This document shows positions 1 to 12,636 of a stretch of 64,000 bases of DNA, one piece after another. The stretch is taken from the NCBI GenBank assembly GCA_044892525.1, contig CM097888.1:92628001-92692000 (forward strand), in the 5' to 3' direction. Origin of the DNA: Schmidtea polychroa. Taxonomy: Eukaryota. The notes under the pieces were generated by a model, which was not told the origin of the DNA, ran no database searches, and worked only from the letters and a program-made list of their open reading frames with translations. Both the position numbers and the translations under genes were made by a program. How positions within the stretch are numbered: position 1 is the stretch's first letter; the number at the start of each line of letters is the position of its first letter.

Positions 1-1099
1 CTTAAGGTTATAGGAAATTTAATTTTAGTTTTTCGTCCCATCCCATACTGTTTTGTTCCTCTTAAGATTTTTTATTTACCTTAGAAGAAAAATCATGTAA
101 TTATTTCAATATTTTATAATTGATCAACACTTTTTTATTATTTTGATTTTAATTATATACATTGCAGGGAAGACATCTTTCAGGAGATTTGTTTGGGGAG
201 GAAAATGAGATGTTTTTATAAAATTTCCCTCAAGTGGGTACATTATTCTTACAGTGAGTTCTAAGATAAATAACAAACCATAATGAAACTAATTAAACTA
301 AGCAAAAAATGGGATTAAAAATTTCAATTCCAAATTTCAAAATCAATTTTAATTTTCGATTTTAATTTCAATGTTTGATCATAGTTTGAAATTCGAATTT
401 CATTAGTTATTTGGAATTCTATTCTGAAATCGTATCCGAAATTAGAATTTTCTGTTTTTCGATTGAAAAATTCATCAAATTTAAATTCAAGAATGGGCAA
501 TTCACACATTTCGTGTTGTGCAGAGCAACACAGCATTACTGGGCTTCTATGTCGTTGTTTGAAACAGAAGGATGTATATTACGACATTTTATAATGACAT
601 TTTTTTGATTGGATACCTTATAAACAAGAATTAGACCACCTCTTGGGTCGCGTTTCTTTTTGCGCGGATATGCTCAAGATTCCTATTAATTAAAATTTAA
701 TGTGGATTCCTAATTAATTTTATGAGGTTAAATTTCCGCAAATTTATTTTTGAATTTCTATTGAGTTTTTTGTCAGATTTCTCCTGAGATTCATTCGAGC
801 TTAAAATATTGTAGGTTTCTGCTTTATTTCGAAATTTAATAAAATGTAGAAATGAAAATGGTTTATAGTTAACCAATTTTCTCTCCCAAATCAAACCCAT
901 TATACCAAAAAACGTGGACGTTAAACTTGACTACTCGAAAATTCTTTGGTTAAACCTTTACTTGAAAAACTAAAATTGTTGGAGTTAATAGATATAGATA
1001 GAATAATCTGACAAATATTTGAATAGTAGCAGAATTAGGTGCAATTTCAATTAATTCTGTCCAATTAACTCCGATTTAGTGACGATTATGACACAAATA

Positions 1100-1348
1100 C
1101 ACTCATACCTCGCTTTACGGCCTAGATACGTTCCAGGAAAGTTGGCCGCAAAGCGAAACGCCGCATAACGAATCAAATATTTTGATACAATTTTGATACA
1201 AATAATATGCCTTAAAAGTGGCTATTGCACCTTTTTTTGGCCGTATAACGAAACATTTTAGGCCGTAAATCAAAAAAGTGCCGTAATTAAAGTAGGCCGT
1301 TATAGCGAAAAGCCGTATAAAGAGCAGTCGTATAGCGAGGTATGAGTG
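1100..1348. mobile_element. Tigger/pogo-type MITE (249 bp)
   Basis: Terminal inverted repeats CACTCATACCTCGC(T/A)... / ...GCGAGGTATGAGTG, flanked by TA on both sides (1098-1099, 1349-1350); no ORF. Confidence 0.8.
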
Positions 1349-3280
1349 TATTTGATACACATTACACATTTAATTACACATGTTAACACTTGATTGAGAT
1401 AGTGGCAATATATCTGGTGGCAATAAACATGATTTGGCGCAATTTATAAATTTTTTTAAACGATGCAATTTGGAATTTTTTTCAGTTTTGTATTAAAAGT
1501 ATCCTTTCCAAATTTGGTAGAGTTTGGATGTATATTAAAACTGTGTCAAAGCAGACCCCCCACACATACACAAACTTTGAGAAACATAAATTAGATTAGA
1601 TTGAAATGTGTAATTAAGATGAGCTTGACATAGGCATGCAATGGTGGAATTTATGATTTTCACAAAACTGTATACAGTAATTTTGATTATCCTCACAATT
1701 TAGAAATCAACATTACACCAGAAAAGAACTTATTCTTTTCTGCAACGGCGTCGGCATGAGCATAGTTATATAATGGAATTCTACATTGTAGAACGTCTTG
1801 AACATGCGCACAAGTTTGCCTTTCCATATGTTACACGTATCACCTTCACTTAAGTTGCTAAGCTTTTTTTGTAATGCTCATAAATGCATGATTTGTAACT
1901 TCCAATGTAATATAATATATCCCTTCGGCTTCATTCACAAATACTTGAATTCCTTTGTATCCATTCTTGATTATTTAAATTTAAAATTTTACAATATTTC
2001 CTTGCACGGGAATGGTTGATTAGTTAGTGCAGCGACAGGCACCCTTCATTGAGGAATTGTATCAAATTAAGGGCATTTATTATCCTAATAGTGATGCACA
2101 TTGAAATACATTAATTTAATATGGCGGCGATTTATCAAATTCATGTTGTAAAACTCGATATGAAAATAAATTATTGGAAAAAAGTGATTTTTTATTCATT
2201 AAATTTTTACTNNNNNNNNNNNNNNNNNNNNNNNNNNNNNNNNNNNNNNNNNNNNNNNNNNNNNNNNNNNNNNNNNNNNNNNNNNNNNNNNNNNNNNNNN
2301 NNNNNNNNNNNNNNNNNNNNNNNNNNNNNNNNNNNNNNNNNNNNNNNNNNNNNNNNNNNNNNNNNNNNNNNNNNNNNNNNNNNNNNNNNNNNNNNNNNNN
2401 NNNNNNNNNNNNNNNNNNNNNNNNNNNNNNNNNNNNNNNNNNNNNNNNNNNNNNNNNNNNNNNNNNNNNNNNNNNNNNNNNNNNNNNNNNNNNNNNNNNN
2501 NNNNNNNNNNNNNNNNNNNNNNNNNNNNNNNNNNNNNNNNNNNNNNNNNNNNNNNNNNNNNNNNNNNNNNNNNNNNNNNNNNNNNNNNNNNNNNNNNNNN
2601 NNNNNNNNNNNNNNNNNNNNNNNNNNNNNNNNNNNNNNNNNNNNNNNNNNNNNNNNNNNNNNNNNNNNNNNNNNNNNNNNNNNNNNNNNNNNNNNNNNNA
2701 AAGGCAGTGCCGAATATTCATGAATATCAAATAAACATCGATATATTTACTGATTCATAGTCAAGATTTTTAATAAATACAATATCAATGGAAAAGAAAT
2801 CAGTGGTGNNNNNNNNNNNNNNNNNNNNNNNNNNNNNNNNNNNNNNNNNNNNNNNNNNNNNNNNNNNNNNNNNNNNNNNNNNNNNNNNNNNNNNNNNNNN
2901 NNNNNNNNNNNNNNNNNNNNNNNNNNNNNNNNNNNNNNNNNNNNNNNNNNNTAATTATATTGTTAGTATCTAAATGAGATATTATGTAACTATTAAAAGA
3001 AGTGTATAAGAAAGAATTCGGTGTGACTAAGGAAGATCTATCAATGAAGTCCGTTGATGAATTGAAGCGTTTCCGTGCGTGCGTTGTGTATCCGGCAGGG
3101 CGGCAGCAATTGTAATAAGAAAAGATTATCCAATAATTAACTGAATTGTATACAAATCAATTGTTAAAAAGTGCACGCTCATGTCTATTATATAGTCTAT
3201 AATAATTAATTATTTAATTAATCAATCAAACGGTTTAAATTAATATAAAAAGAAAAGAGCCGACAGAATTTGATTCATAA

Positions 3281-4210
3281 ATGTTTCGGTCTATGATTAA
3301 ATATTTTGTGCTGATTATATTCCTTTGCGGATATTTGAATGCGTCAAAATGCATTGACAGATATTGCGATATAACGCTGAATGCAAATAATGAAACGGTC
3401 TTTGATTGCTCCTTTGGCCAAATGGTTAATTCAACAGTCCAATGCGTTTATAACAAGCGCAATCAAATTATAACTCTGAGCACCTTCGATGATAATTATA
3501 TGTTCATAGATCGAATCGCTCCAGAAGCTTTCAATAGGCTCTTCTCTGGAATAGTTCTGGAAAAGATTTTCATCAATAAACTCCAGTTCAAATCCTTGAA
3601 CGGATCCGATTTTATGGCCCTATCAAATGTATCCAGTATCAAAATAGAAAATCCCATATCATTGGCATTTGATACGTTTCTAACTGTCACATCTCCTAGA
3701 AAGATTTTCTACTTAACGATATCGTGTATTAGTGGAAATAAAAACTCCTCATTTCAAGTCTTGCATTTCAGAACTCCAATGTGGAGAATATTCACTGAGG
3801 ATTGCCACAAGAAATTGGTTTGTCTTCATTCGACATGCAATTCTGCCAGGCTTGACAATATTGCAAAGGTTTCACCATCTACATTTTTTCAAGCTTTTCA
3901 ATTTCAATTGAGCTCTCACTCTTGTTTGTTGAATTCCTCCTGCAAATCTATTCAACATGAGAATCCTGTCAATGTTAAATCACCCAAACGTATCATAGTT
4001 GATGAGAAAGGAAAACAGGCCACCTATCCCAATACTGAGAAAGGGGCACACAGAGACAGTTATTATGACTTTTTAATGAATGTTTTATTGGTAATAATTG
4101 GCATTAATTCTGTCTTTATATTGGTAATCTGTGTCATTCTCATCGTGTGGAGGAGATCCATTTTGGCTTCCCTATCAACACGCAAACGAACATTAAGAAT
4201 TAGAGATTGA
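3281..4210 (+). CDS. Intronless type I membrane protein with degenerate LRR-like ectodomain (309 aa)
   Basis: N-terminal signal-like hydrophobic stretch (YFVLIIFLCGYLNA), Cys-rich cap, three LxxxxFxxL-like repeats (IAPEAFNRL, LNGSDFMAL, LAFDTFLTV), TM helix VLLVIIGINSVFILVICVILIVW, short basic tail; AATAAA downstream. Confidence 0.55.
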   Translation: MFRSMIKYFVLIIFLCGYLNASKCIDRYCDITLNANNETVFDCSFGQMVNSTVQCVYNKRNQIITLSTFDDNYMFIDRIAPEAFNRLFSGIVLEKIFINKLQFKSLNGSDFMALSNVSSIKIENPISLAFDTFLTVTSPRKIFYLTISCISGNKNSSFQVLHFRTPMWRIFTEDCHKKLVCLHSTCNSARLDNIAKVSPSTFFQAFQFQLSSHSCLLNSSCKSIQHENPVNVKSPKRIIVDEKGKQATYPNTEKGAHRDSYYDFLMNVLLVIIGINSVFILVICVILIVWRRSILASLSTRKRTLRIRD

Positions 4211-5576
4211 CAAATCCTCTGTTATAATATATGTAAATAAATTTGTTGATTTCTGTTATATTTATGCTAGATAACGGCCTACTATGATAAACAATAACTT
4301 GTTGTTTGAATAAGGCGATGAATTAGAACAATTATATTGGATTTGAACCCCATATGAAGTATAACTCATGTAAGGTCCATGAGTAAGGTCCATGAGTAAG
4401 GTCCATCATGTAAGGTACTATTTATTAACCCATCACATGTTTCTCAAGATTTTGGTCGTCATTTACAGTGGCGTACGCAGGATTTCCTAAATGGGGATTT
4501 CACAAAAAACTTTATTTTTACTAGTAATAAAGGAAGTTCGATTATTCACAATTTTCACTATTTGTTTAAATTAATTTATTTTTTGACTCAACTTTATTAA
4601 AATTCAATTTCCTGGATTGTGCAAATAATAAACACAGTTTGTTGCCAGTTTCTGGCATGAAACTAGATTATAGATAATGTCTGTGTACACATTCACAGCC
4701 AACTTTATAACTGTCAGAAATGTATTTGCATTAGGTAACAGTTGAACGAAGATTATAATAATTAAAAATTAGACTGTATACCCATTGACCATATCCAATA
4801 AACTTTGGGTAATGTGTAACCGATATTTAAATCATTCCCACTTATCATCGAAATGTTGTCTGTTGCTCTATATGACTTATGATGTTATATACAAGCAAAC
4901 AGGAAAGTTCAAAATGCAAAACATATGCACCGATGGGAAAGGGGGGTGGGTAAACCCATAAGTACTTTCGTTTGAAAACACCACATGACATTTAAGTAAT
5001 CGAATAGAAATCCCAGCGGCCATGGTCTTCCATGTTTATTCGTTAACTGCTTATAGGATGTCAACACTAAGATAGGTCCACGTTCTAACGATTGAGCCTC
5101 GGGTTATCGTTCATAGAAATAAAGAAAAAAGAAATAAAAGTTTTAGAATTTTAAGGGTGAGAAATTCTCCCCTTCAGCCTTAACCGGCACGAATGTTTAT
5201 AAAAATAAAATTTGATTTTTTATTAAATAAATACTTTTTAAATGACGTTTGTCAAAAATTATTTCATAATTTAGAATTCTTAAATTTTCATGTGGCTTTT
5301 CCTTAATACACTTCTTTCTAATATTTTCCAAATTTCCCAATTCATCTTTATAATAAAATATTTTTCATTAATTATAAAATCGTGACATTAAATTCGAAGG
5401 TTTCAGAAACTTAATTTTAAACTAGTATTTTTGAAATAAAGTGAAAATATTTTAATTTGTGATTTTAATTTGAATATAATTTTAAATGAAAATGTCAAAT
5501 TATGATTATTTGTAATAAAATATGAATTATAAATTTTGTTTAAAATTGAATTTCAATTAGCAAATTTTAACGTGAA

Positions 5577-6144
5577 ATGGTAAATTTTGTTTTAAATTTT
5601 TGAATCACTTTCATTTTTAATGTTTAAAAAAAATTTTAAAATTGTCAATTTAGTCCAAAATCAAAGTCAAGAAGACCAGGAAATTGAGAGGACATGTAAG
5701 CCACGGTCATGGTCGAGTTGGTAAACACAGGAAGCATCCTGGAGGTCGTGGTAATGCCGGTGGTCAACATCACCATAGAATTCATTTCGATAAATTCCAT
5801 CCTGGCTATTTCGGTAAAGTCGGTATGAGACATTACCATTTAAGGAAAAATCGTACATTTTGTCCATCCATCAATATCGAAAAATTGTGGAGTTTAGTCA
5901 GTGACAAAACTTATGATACTTATAAAGAAAATGCCGAAGGAAAAGCTCCAGTAATTGATCTCTTGAAAGCTGTAAGGAAATATTTTATTCATTCATAAAT
6001 AATAAATTTTTATAGGGTTACTTTAAATTGCTTGGCAAAGGTGTTTTGCCAAAAGTCCCAGTTATCGTTAAGGCAAAATTCTTTTCCAGACAAGCAGAAG
6101 AGAAGATTAAATCAGTCGGTGGAGCTTGCGTCCTAGTAGCATAA
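5577..6144 (+). CDS. RPL27A: 60S ribosomal protein L27a (uL15), 3 exons
   Basis: Exons 5577-5579 (ATG|gt), 5654-5971 and 6016-6144 with GT-AG introns of 74 and 44 nt; [36 protein letters not shown]...GYFKLLGKG...GGACVLVA* is the canonical uL15 sequence. Confidence 0.97.
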
Positions 6145-7352
6145 TTTCTATAATAAACAATTGGATTTCTATTTGCTTTAAATTATAATTATTTATTGAT
6201 TTTTATTATTAATTGGCAATTTGAATGATTCGCATTTAGTAGATTTTTGTCTTTTTCATTTCATCAGCTCGATTCATTTATCTTATTTACTTTGACAGTG
6301 CAAATCTGACCAAGAATTGCTTACTTTTTAACTTAAATAAGGGCGATAGTGGTAAATTGTTCGATTTTCAACTCATTTTTCATTTGACATTGAATTTTTT
6401 AAATTTGCATTAACCTTTTGACTTGATCGAATTGTTTTATTGTAACAAATGAAAGTGTAATTTATAGTTATATTTTATTTTTTATCAAGGTCTTATGAAG
6501 TTTAGTTATTTCCTTTGGTGCGTGGCGCTTTTTAAAAATGAATCTACAAATATTGAGCAAAAGATTGAAAAAGATGAATAGAAGAATTTTAAAAATTTGG
6601 AAATATAATTTTTAAAATGTTAGAAAACAAGATCAAGGAATCTAAAAACGTCAATTGCTACAGAAAAGAACGAAAATTGAAAAAGAATAAAATTATATCG
6701 AAAGAACTACCAAATTTGAGTTTAAAGGGCGTGATCGATCCAAACTGAACATTTTCAATTTTTCTTGATCAGGCAATTACAGGTCTTTCTTTTTAATATT
6801 TCATTGAATAAAAGTTTAATTGTAAAGTTTATTGTAAATTTTTTGTACTTTCATATATTTTTTACTGGTGACTCGGCTGCGTACTACAGCATTTCTTTTT
6901 TGCACGAAACATTAAATAAAAACAACAAACAATTTAAAATAATACATTCGCAACAAGAGGAACTTCCCAACAGAAAGGATTGTCATTACTCCTGAAAACT
7001 TGATTTCGAATTTAAGAAAGTGTCTCTCCTGACAAAAAATACAATTTCTAAAAAGATGCTCAGACCATATATTTTAAAAATTTAATTAAAAGGTATTTTG
7101 AATCTACGGTTAATTTTACTTATATCACTTTACGTAAATGACTTCATTTTTATTTATATATTAACGGAATTGTCTCTAATACTGCAAACTAAGGATTACT
7201 AAGTAGACTGAGCTTTCTTAATTTGAATGTAATTTTGAAGTTATTTTTTAAAATCATTTTGATTTAACTTATAAACCTTTGTTTAAATATTAAAATATTT
7301 GCGGTTTGAATTTATATTTTGAGTTATTTTTGATATTTTTTGCATTTATAAG

Positions 7353-10024
7353 ATGGAGAGATCAAAGTGCCACATATCGGATTGTGACTTGATAAAGAAA
7401 ACGGATTTTTCAAAACAATATTTTAAAACATACTGCATTAGGCTGAATAGATGCTATGATATTTTAGTAAAGAAAATATATCAAAAATGGGGTAATGAAA
7501 TTTGTTTAAAGAATCTATCGGAAATAGAGCCAGATGAAAAATGTGTGATAATAGGGACACTTTATAAAGTAATATTTTTGTAAATTGCCAATCAGTGAGC
7601 TAAGTATTAGAAAATGGAAAATAAACCAAGTGTTATTAAAGAATGGACTGATGCTTATCAGTTAGGCATTTTACCAGTTGCTCAGCATAAATTAATAGCG
7701 AAAAATGATAAAATAATATTGGAAGATTTCCAGCAGCAAATTCAATTACAATTTGATGAAGTAACAATGAAAACTGCGTCTCTCGTTACTGGAATAACAT
7801 GCGCTGTTCTTGGTTACGAGCCAGAATCAGGAATAGAAAAATTTATAGTTGAAGACATCGTTTTTCCTACTCCTGAATTTCCGCTTCTGAAAAATGTCAA
7901 TAATGTGGGCAATGAAGCTCAATTTATTGCTATCATCAGCGGGCTTCGATTAAACGATGAAACGTCGAAAAATTTGATTCGATTGAGATTATTTTCCGAC
8001 TGGCTTTGTGGAATGCTACCAGTGAATGAGCTGGAAATTGATCCAAGCTCGATCGGTAGGCTGATTGTGGCTGGCAATTTGATCGATGACGGCGATGAGG
8101 AATTCTCACTCACACAGGTAAATTATTTCCATTCTCTTAATTTGAATTATTTAAACGGTTTTTGAGAAGTTTTAATTTACAATTTGATTGGATTATTCAA
8201 TTCAGCCAATCAAATTGCTGTAATAATAATTTATTAATTATGATTACGATTGAATGAGAATTAATGATAAAATTAAGGGGAAATTGACAGATAGAGAATT
8301 CGTTATGTAATTTGTGTGAATTATGAAATTATTCTTTTCTGATTTCCATTCTCAGTGTTCCAGATGTGACAGGAACGGCGGGGAAAGGGATTTACCATGC
8401 TAGAATTACATATTGTAGGATGAGCGAGTGATATAAACTATTGTGGCTAGCAACTGTGAAGCATATCATAATAAATCCTCTAGGTGACATGCATCCCCAT
8501 TCGCCATTCCCCTGGTTACCCTATCAATACTCCTGGCACGGGAGGACCGCATCGATCACAATGTTGCGCTGCACCAGGTCTAGCACCACTCACTCAATCA
8601 TTGTGACAAGATATCCCCATGAATCCCTCATAATCAGCATTCCCACTCATCCACGCGTTGATAAATTGCCATGGCAACGGCTGCATTTATTAGGAATATT
8701 CGCGTTTCACCATTGATCTCTAGGAAACGCCGCTCGTAAAAAAGTCTGAAGTGAGCACTGTGAATAGTCTTATTCGATTGGATGAGTTGCTATGCGGTTT
8801 CTGCAGAACAATTCAGGTGGACGTGATGCCTGGCAAGCTGGATCCCACATCTCTGATGTTGCCACAGAATCCCTTCAATCGAGTCATGTTTCCCCAATCC
8901 AGCAAATGGTCATCGTTCAATGCCCGGCCTAATCCATGGCAATGCTTCCTCGGTGACGGCAGGTTCCTTGTTGGCACTTCCGGTGACTCGATTGATGATA
9001 TCGATCGGTATTCATTTTATTTATAATTTCACAATGGTTAAAAAATAAAAAAAATCATAATAAAAGATAAATAAAAAAATAATTAATTAAATATTTTTAA
9101 TAAAAAAATATATTTATTAAAAAATAAAAAATATTTAAAAAAGATAAAAAGCAAATATTAAAATAAATAATGATAAAAGATAAAAAATATTTAAAAAAGA
9201 TAAAAAACAAATAATAAAAAAAATCATAATAATAATAAAAGATAAAAAATATTTAAAAAAGATAAAAAAAAAATAATAAAAATAAAAAATCATAATAATA
9301 ATAAAAGATAAAAAACAAATAATAAAAATAAAAAATAATAAAAGATAAAAAATAATTAAATATTTTTAATAAAAAAATATATTTATTAAAAAATAAAAAA
9401 TATTTAAAAAAGATAAAAAGCAAATATAAAAATAAATAATTATAAAAGATAAAAAATATTTAAAAAAGATAAAAAAACAAATAATAAAAATAAAAAATCA
9501 TAATAATAATAAAAGATAAAAGATAATTAATTAAATATTTTTAATAAAAAAATATATTTATTAAAAAATAAAAAATATTTAAAAAAGATAAAAAGCAAAT
9601 ATAAAAATAAAAAATCATAATAAAAGATAAATCAATAGATATTCTGATATCGATGATGTACACGAGCGAATGTCGGCAACGCTGACGTGGGGACATCTGG
9701 CCCCCACTGCCCCTGACAGTCAAGAGTGCTACCCGAATGAGGGACCAAATGATCCCCTGGCTCTACTGCATCGACCCCATATTTATTTTGCCGGTAATCA
9801 AATTGATTTTCTGTGTCCATTGGCATAATCAATATATTTATATCCATCTTTCTCTCGTTCCCATTATAGGCAACCAAGATCAGTTCTCATGGAAACGGCT
9901 GGAATATGAAGGCTCAAGCACCGACTCATCACTGTTGGTTACGGTTCCTCGGTTCTCGGAAACTGGTCAGGTCGTCTTTATCGATCTGTTCAATGGCAAC
10001 TGCCAATCATTGACGTTCAAATAA
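7353..10024 (+). CDS. POLD2: DNA polymerase delta small subunit (POLD2/Pol31), 5 exons
   Basis: Exons about 7353-7568, 7611-8117, 8724-9007, 9639-9793 and 9870-10024 joined by GT-AG introns; motifs CVIIGTLYK, SLVTGITCAVLG, IIS-GL, LIVAGN, VDVMPGKLDP, LPQNP, GTSG, WGHLAPTAPD, PHIYFAGNQ, LLVTVPRF match POLD2. Confidence 0.93.
9040..9635. repeat. Nearly pure A/T low-complexity internally repetitive tract in POLD2 intron 3
   Basis: Repeated units such as AAAAGATAAAAAATATTTAAAAAAGATAAAAA and AATAAAAAATCATAAT; almost no C/G. Confidence 0.85.
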
Positions 10025-11185
10025 ATGTTTTTTGTTCTGATTTTACATGTGAATTATCGAGGGGGCCAGGGGAACATTTAGGGTGAGGGGCACAGTAAGG
10101 CACGATGAAATCATAAATTTACACTAATACCAATTGCGCGTTTGAGGTGATTTCTCGGTCCATTTGAAGGCATTCATTTACATATTTAATTATCTAATGC
10201 TTCACCAGAGGAAAGGTAAGTCATTCCAGGCTAGTGGGAACACAAGAGAGAACTCAACTACAACTAATGAATCTAATCGTCAGGTAAAAATTATTTGTAT
10301 TCAGGGGCCATATAAAAATCCCGATTTTGACTCTGTGCTCTTACTGTTGCACATCTTATATTTCTCTGTAAAACAGTCATCTGGAACACCCCTACAGTCA
10401 TAGTTGCATACATAATATACTGATGACTTCGCGCATTTTCACCATGAAAGTTCTAAAGTGAGGCGCTACTACTCTTAAGCTTCCTCGTGAAATTATTCGT
10501 TTCCTAGAGTCTTGACTAATAGTTTAGCAGCTTCTAAACCAATCCAATTTGATATAATTTGATAATTTCCGCTGTTCACTCATTATTATCTATACACATT
10601 ATTTTTCTTTCACAAATGTCACAAACAGATCTTGCGCATCCAAAAGATGTGCTGAGGTCTCAATATTTGTTCTGGTTCTTGTATAAATAAATAAATGAAG
10701 ACAAGTCGAATTATAAAAGTTTATTCAATAATAAGCTTCAGGTACGTGTAAATATACGTTTGGTTTATCAATTCAATTCTTCAAAAATCAGATTCGTGTA
10801 TTTATGTTTTTTGTTAAAATGTTGTATTGTGCGTGCGATGTTTTCTTTACTGCGACTTTCAAAATATGTAGAGCGTTTCTGTCTGCTCTTGGTTGTAATT
10901 TGTTGTCCGGATTTACCTTTGAATGTCACGCAATGAGCTAATTTTTGGGCGATTGAACTGAATTTTAATGGGGTATTTATGCTAAAAAAGTTTTAATAAA
11001 AAAAATTAATTTATTACTGGCATATACGGACGAAATAATATTATTATATTTCTGATTATTAAAGCAGATATTTCATTCTTGTATTATTCTTATTAGATGC
11101 TAAAACAGATTTTCGGGTGTTAGATTTTATATTTCACACTTATTTGCACTTTGGTGCATTCCCCGCACATAAAAAATCACATGTT

Positions 11186-11677
11186 TTTCCAAACTTGCGA
11201 AATGCAATGCAACTCCTCCTAACGATTGAAGTATCCATCACTGCCAGTGAGCATTCCTTTAGTAAACTGAATTTGATTTTGTTGTATTTGTGCGCCTTGA
11301 TGGGACAAAATCGCCTTAGTGAGCGTCGTCTCAGTATTGAACGAAACAAAATGGAAAAGTGTGATTTTGATGATTATTGATAAGATTCCCATAGTAAATT
11401 CTAAGGAAATAAATCTACTATGAAAATTTGCACACACACACACACACACACACAGGAACATTATATGTATGAGAACATAGTTATTTAGGTATGTAAATAT
11501 AATATTTGAATACTATCACTTGCCTGCTCTTGGTTTCTCATCTTCATCGGTTTCTTCTTCACTTTAGTGTTTGGCCATTATTAGATTATGAACTTTTTTT
11601 ATTTTTTGTGGGGGTGGGGTTTGGGGGGTTATGACATTAACCTTGTCCGGGCTCCAAAGACCCTAGCTACACCTCTG
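11186..11677 (+). mobile_element. hAT transposon remnant (C-terminal dimerization domain plus probable right TIR)
   Basis: FPNLRNAMQLLLTIEVSITASEHSFSKLNLI...MGQNRLS...SIE...DFDD matches the hAT dimerization consensus; CTAGCTACACCTCTG at 11663-11677 resembles a hAT terminal repeat. Left end not found. Confidence 0.8.
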
Positions 11678-11878
11678 TGTGAATGTGACGTACAAATTTA
11701 CTGCATATATGAAACTCAATTTGGCAATGATGTATTCATAATGCAGAGGTTTTCAAAGATTAGTAATTGTATTAATAATTATTGCTATAATAACAATAAG
11801 CAAACGATTGTTGGCATAAATTGTAAATATGAAATTAAAAAACGAATATGTTTCATGAGTGATATGAAGAGTAAAAGC

Positions 11879-12605
11879 TCAATTCGAGGAGCTCTTCGTG
11901 ATCGTTGTCAACATCAAACTGATATATGAGGTCAACAGGTCATCCATTTTGTAACCCTAGGAAAACAAAATTAATGTTTGTGGTACTAATAAGGCTACCA
12001 ATGGCGTTTCGCACAGAAGTTTGCGGCCGTGAATCAGGTTGCCAATGGTCATGTTAAAATACGTATTTCCAGAACTCCAATTGCTAATGCTTGAGTAAGG
12101 ATAGTAGTCGAGGGTTTCCTAGAACATACCATTATTCGTTTTATAAATGTTTATAGCTCACTTTCGTTTTTGTATGAATAAGGTATACTCCATTTTTGTT
12201 GATCGCAATGAGAATTTTCTCCGGCACATTCACATTTGTTGATTGCTGTGATAAATTATACAATTTTATTATATATCTCCACTCCTTACTTTCACTTCAA
12301 AGAAGGCCGAGCCGAAAGTTGGCCATAGAAAAATAATTTTTAGAAAGGCAATTTTGGCATCGTCATCACTCATGTTGTGACTGAGATGATATTGATCAAG
12401 AACCTTCTATATCACGAGTAGTGCTAATACGACATGATCAAATAGTGCACTTACTTGCTGCAAGTCCGTTTGAGGATATCTGCTCAATACGTCGGAAGGA
12501 ATTAATAAATCCAGCGATCCTCTACAAATCCAATTAATAGTCAATGAAATTGATAAAATTGTAGACAGTATCAGCCCTAGTAGACCCTCGCAAAAAGACA
12601 CACGG

Positions 12606-12636
<31 letters not shown>

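Noticed and set aside
2116-2973. Long ORFs in the track here and at other N-runs (14.4-15.1, 21.8-22.3, 40.7-41.6, 42.7-43.2, 47.7-48.2, 59.7-60.2, 61.7-62.0 kb)
   Set aside because: Artefacts of translating N gaps; only the parts matching myosin or the PLE are real.
2995-3117. Coding-like stretch LKEVYKKEFGVTKEDLSMKSVDELKRFRACVVYPAGRQQL* and exon-like pieces at 167-260 and 520-690
   Set aside because: May be exons of a gene broken by gaps or the window edge, but no recognisable family and no consistent splice chain could be built.
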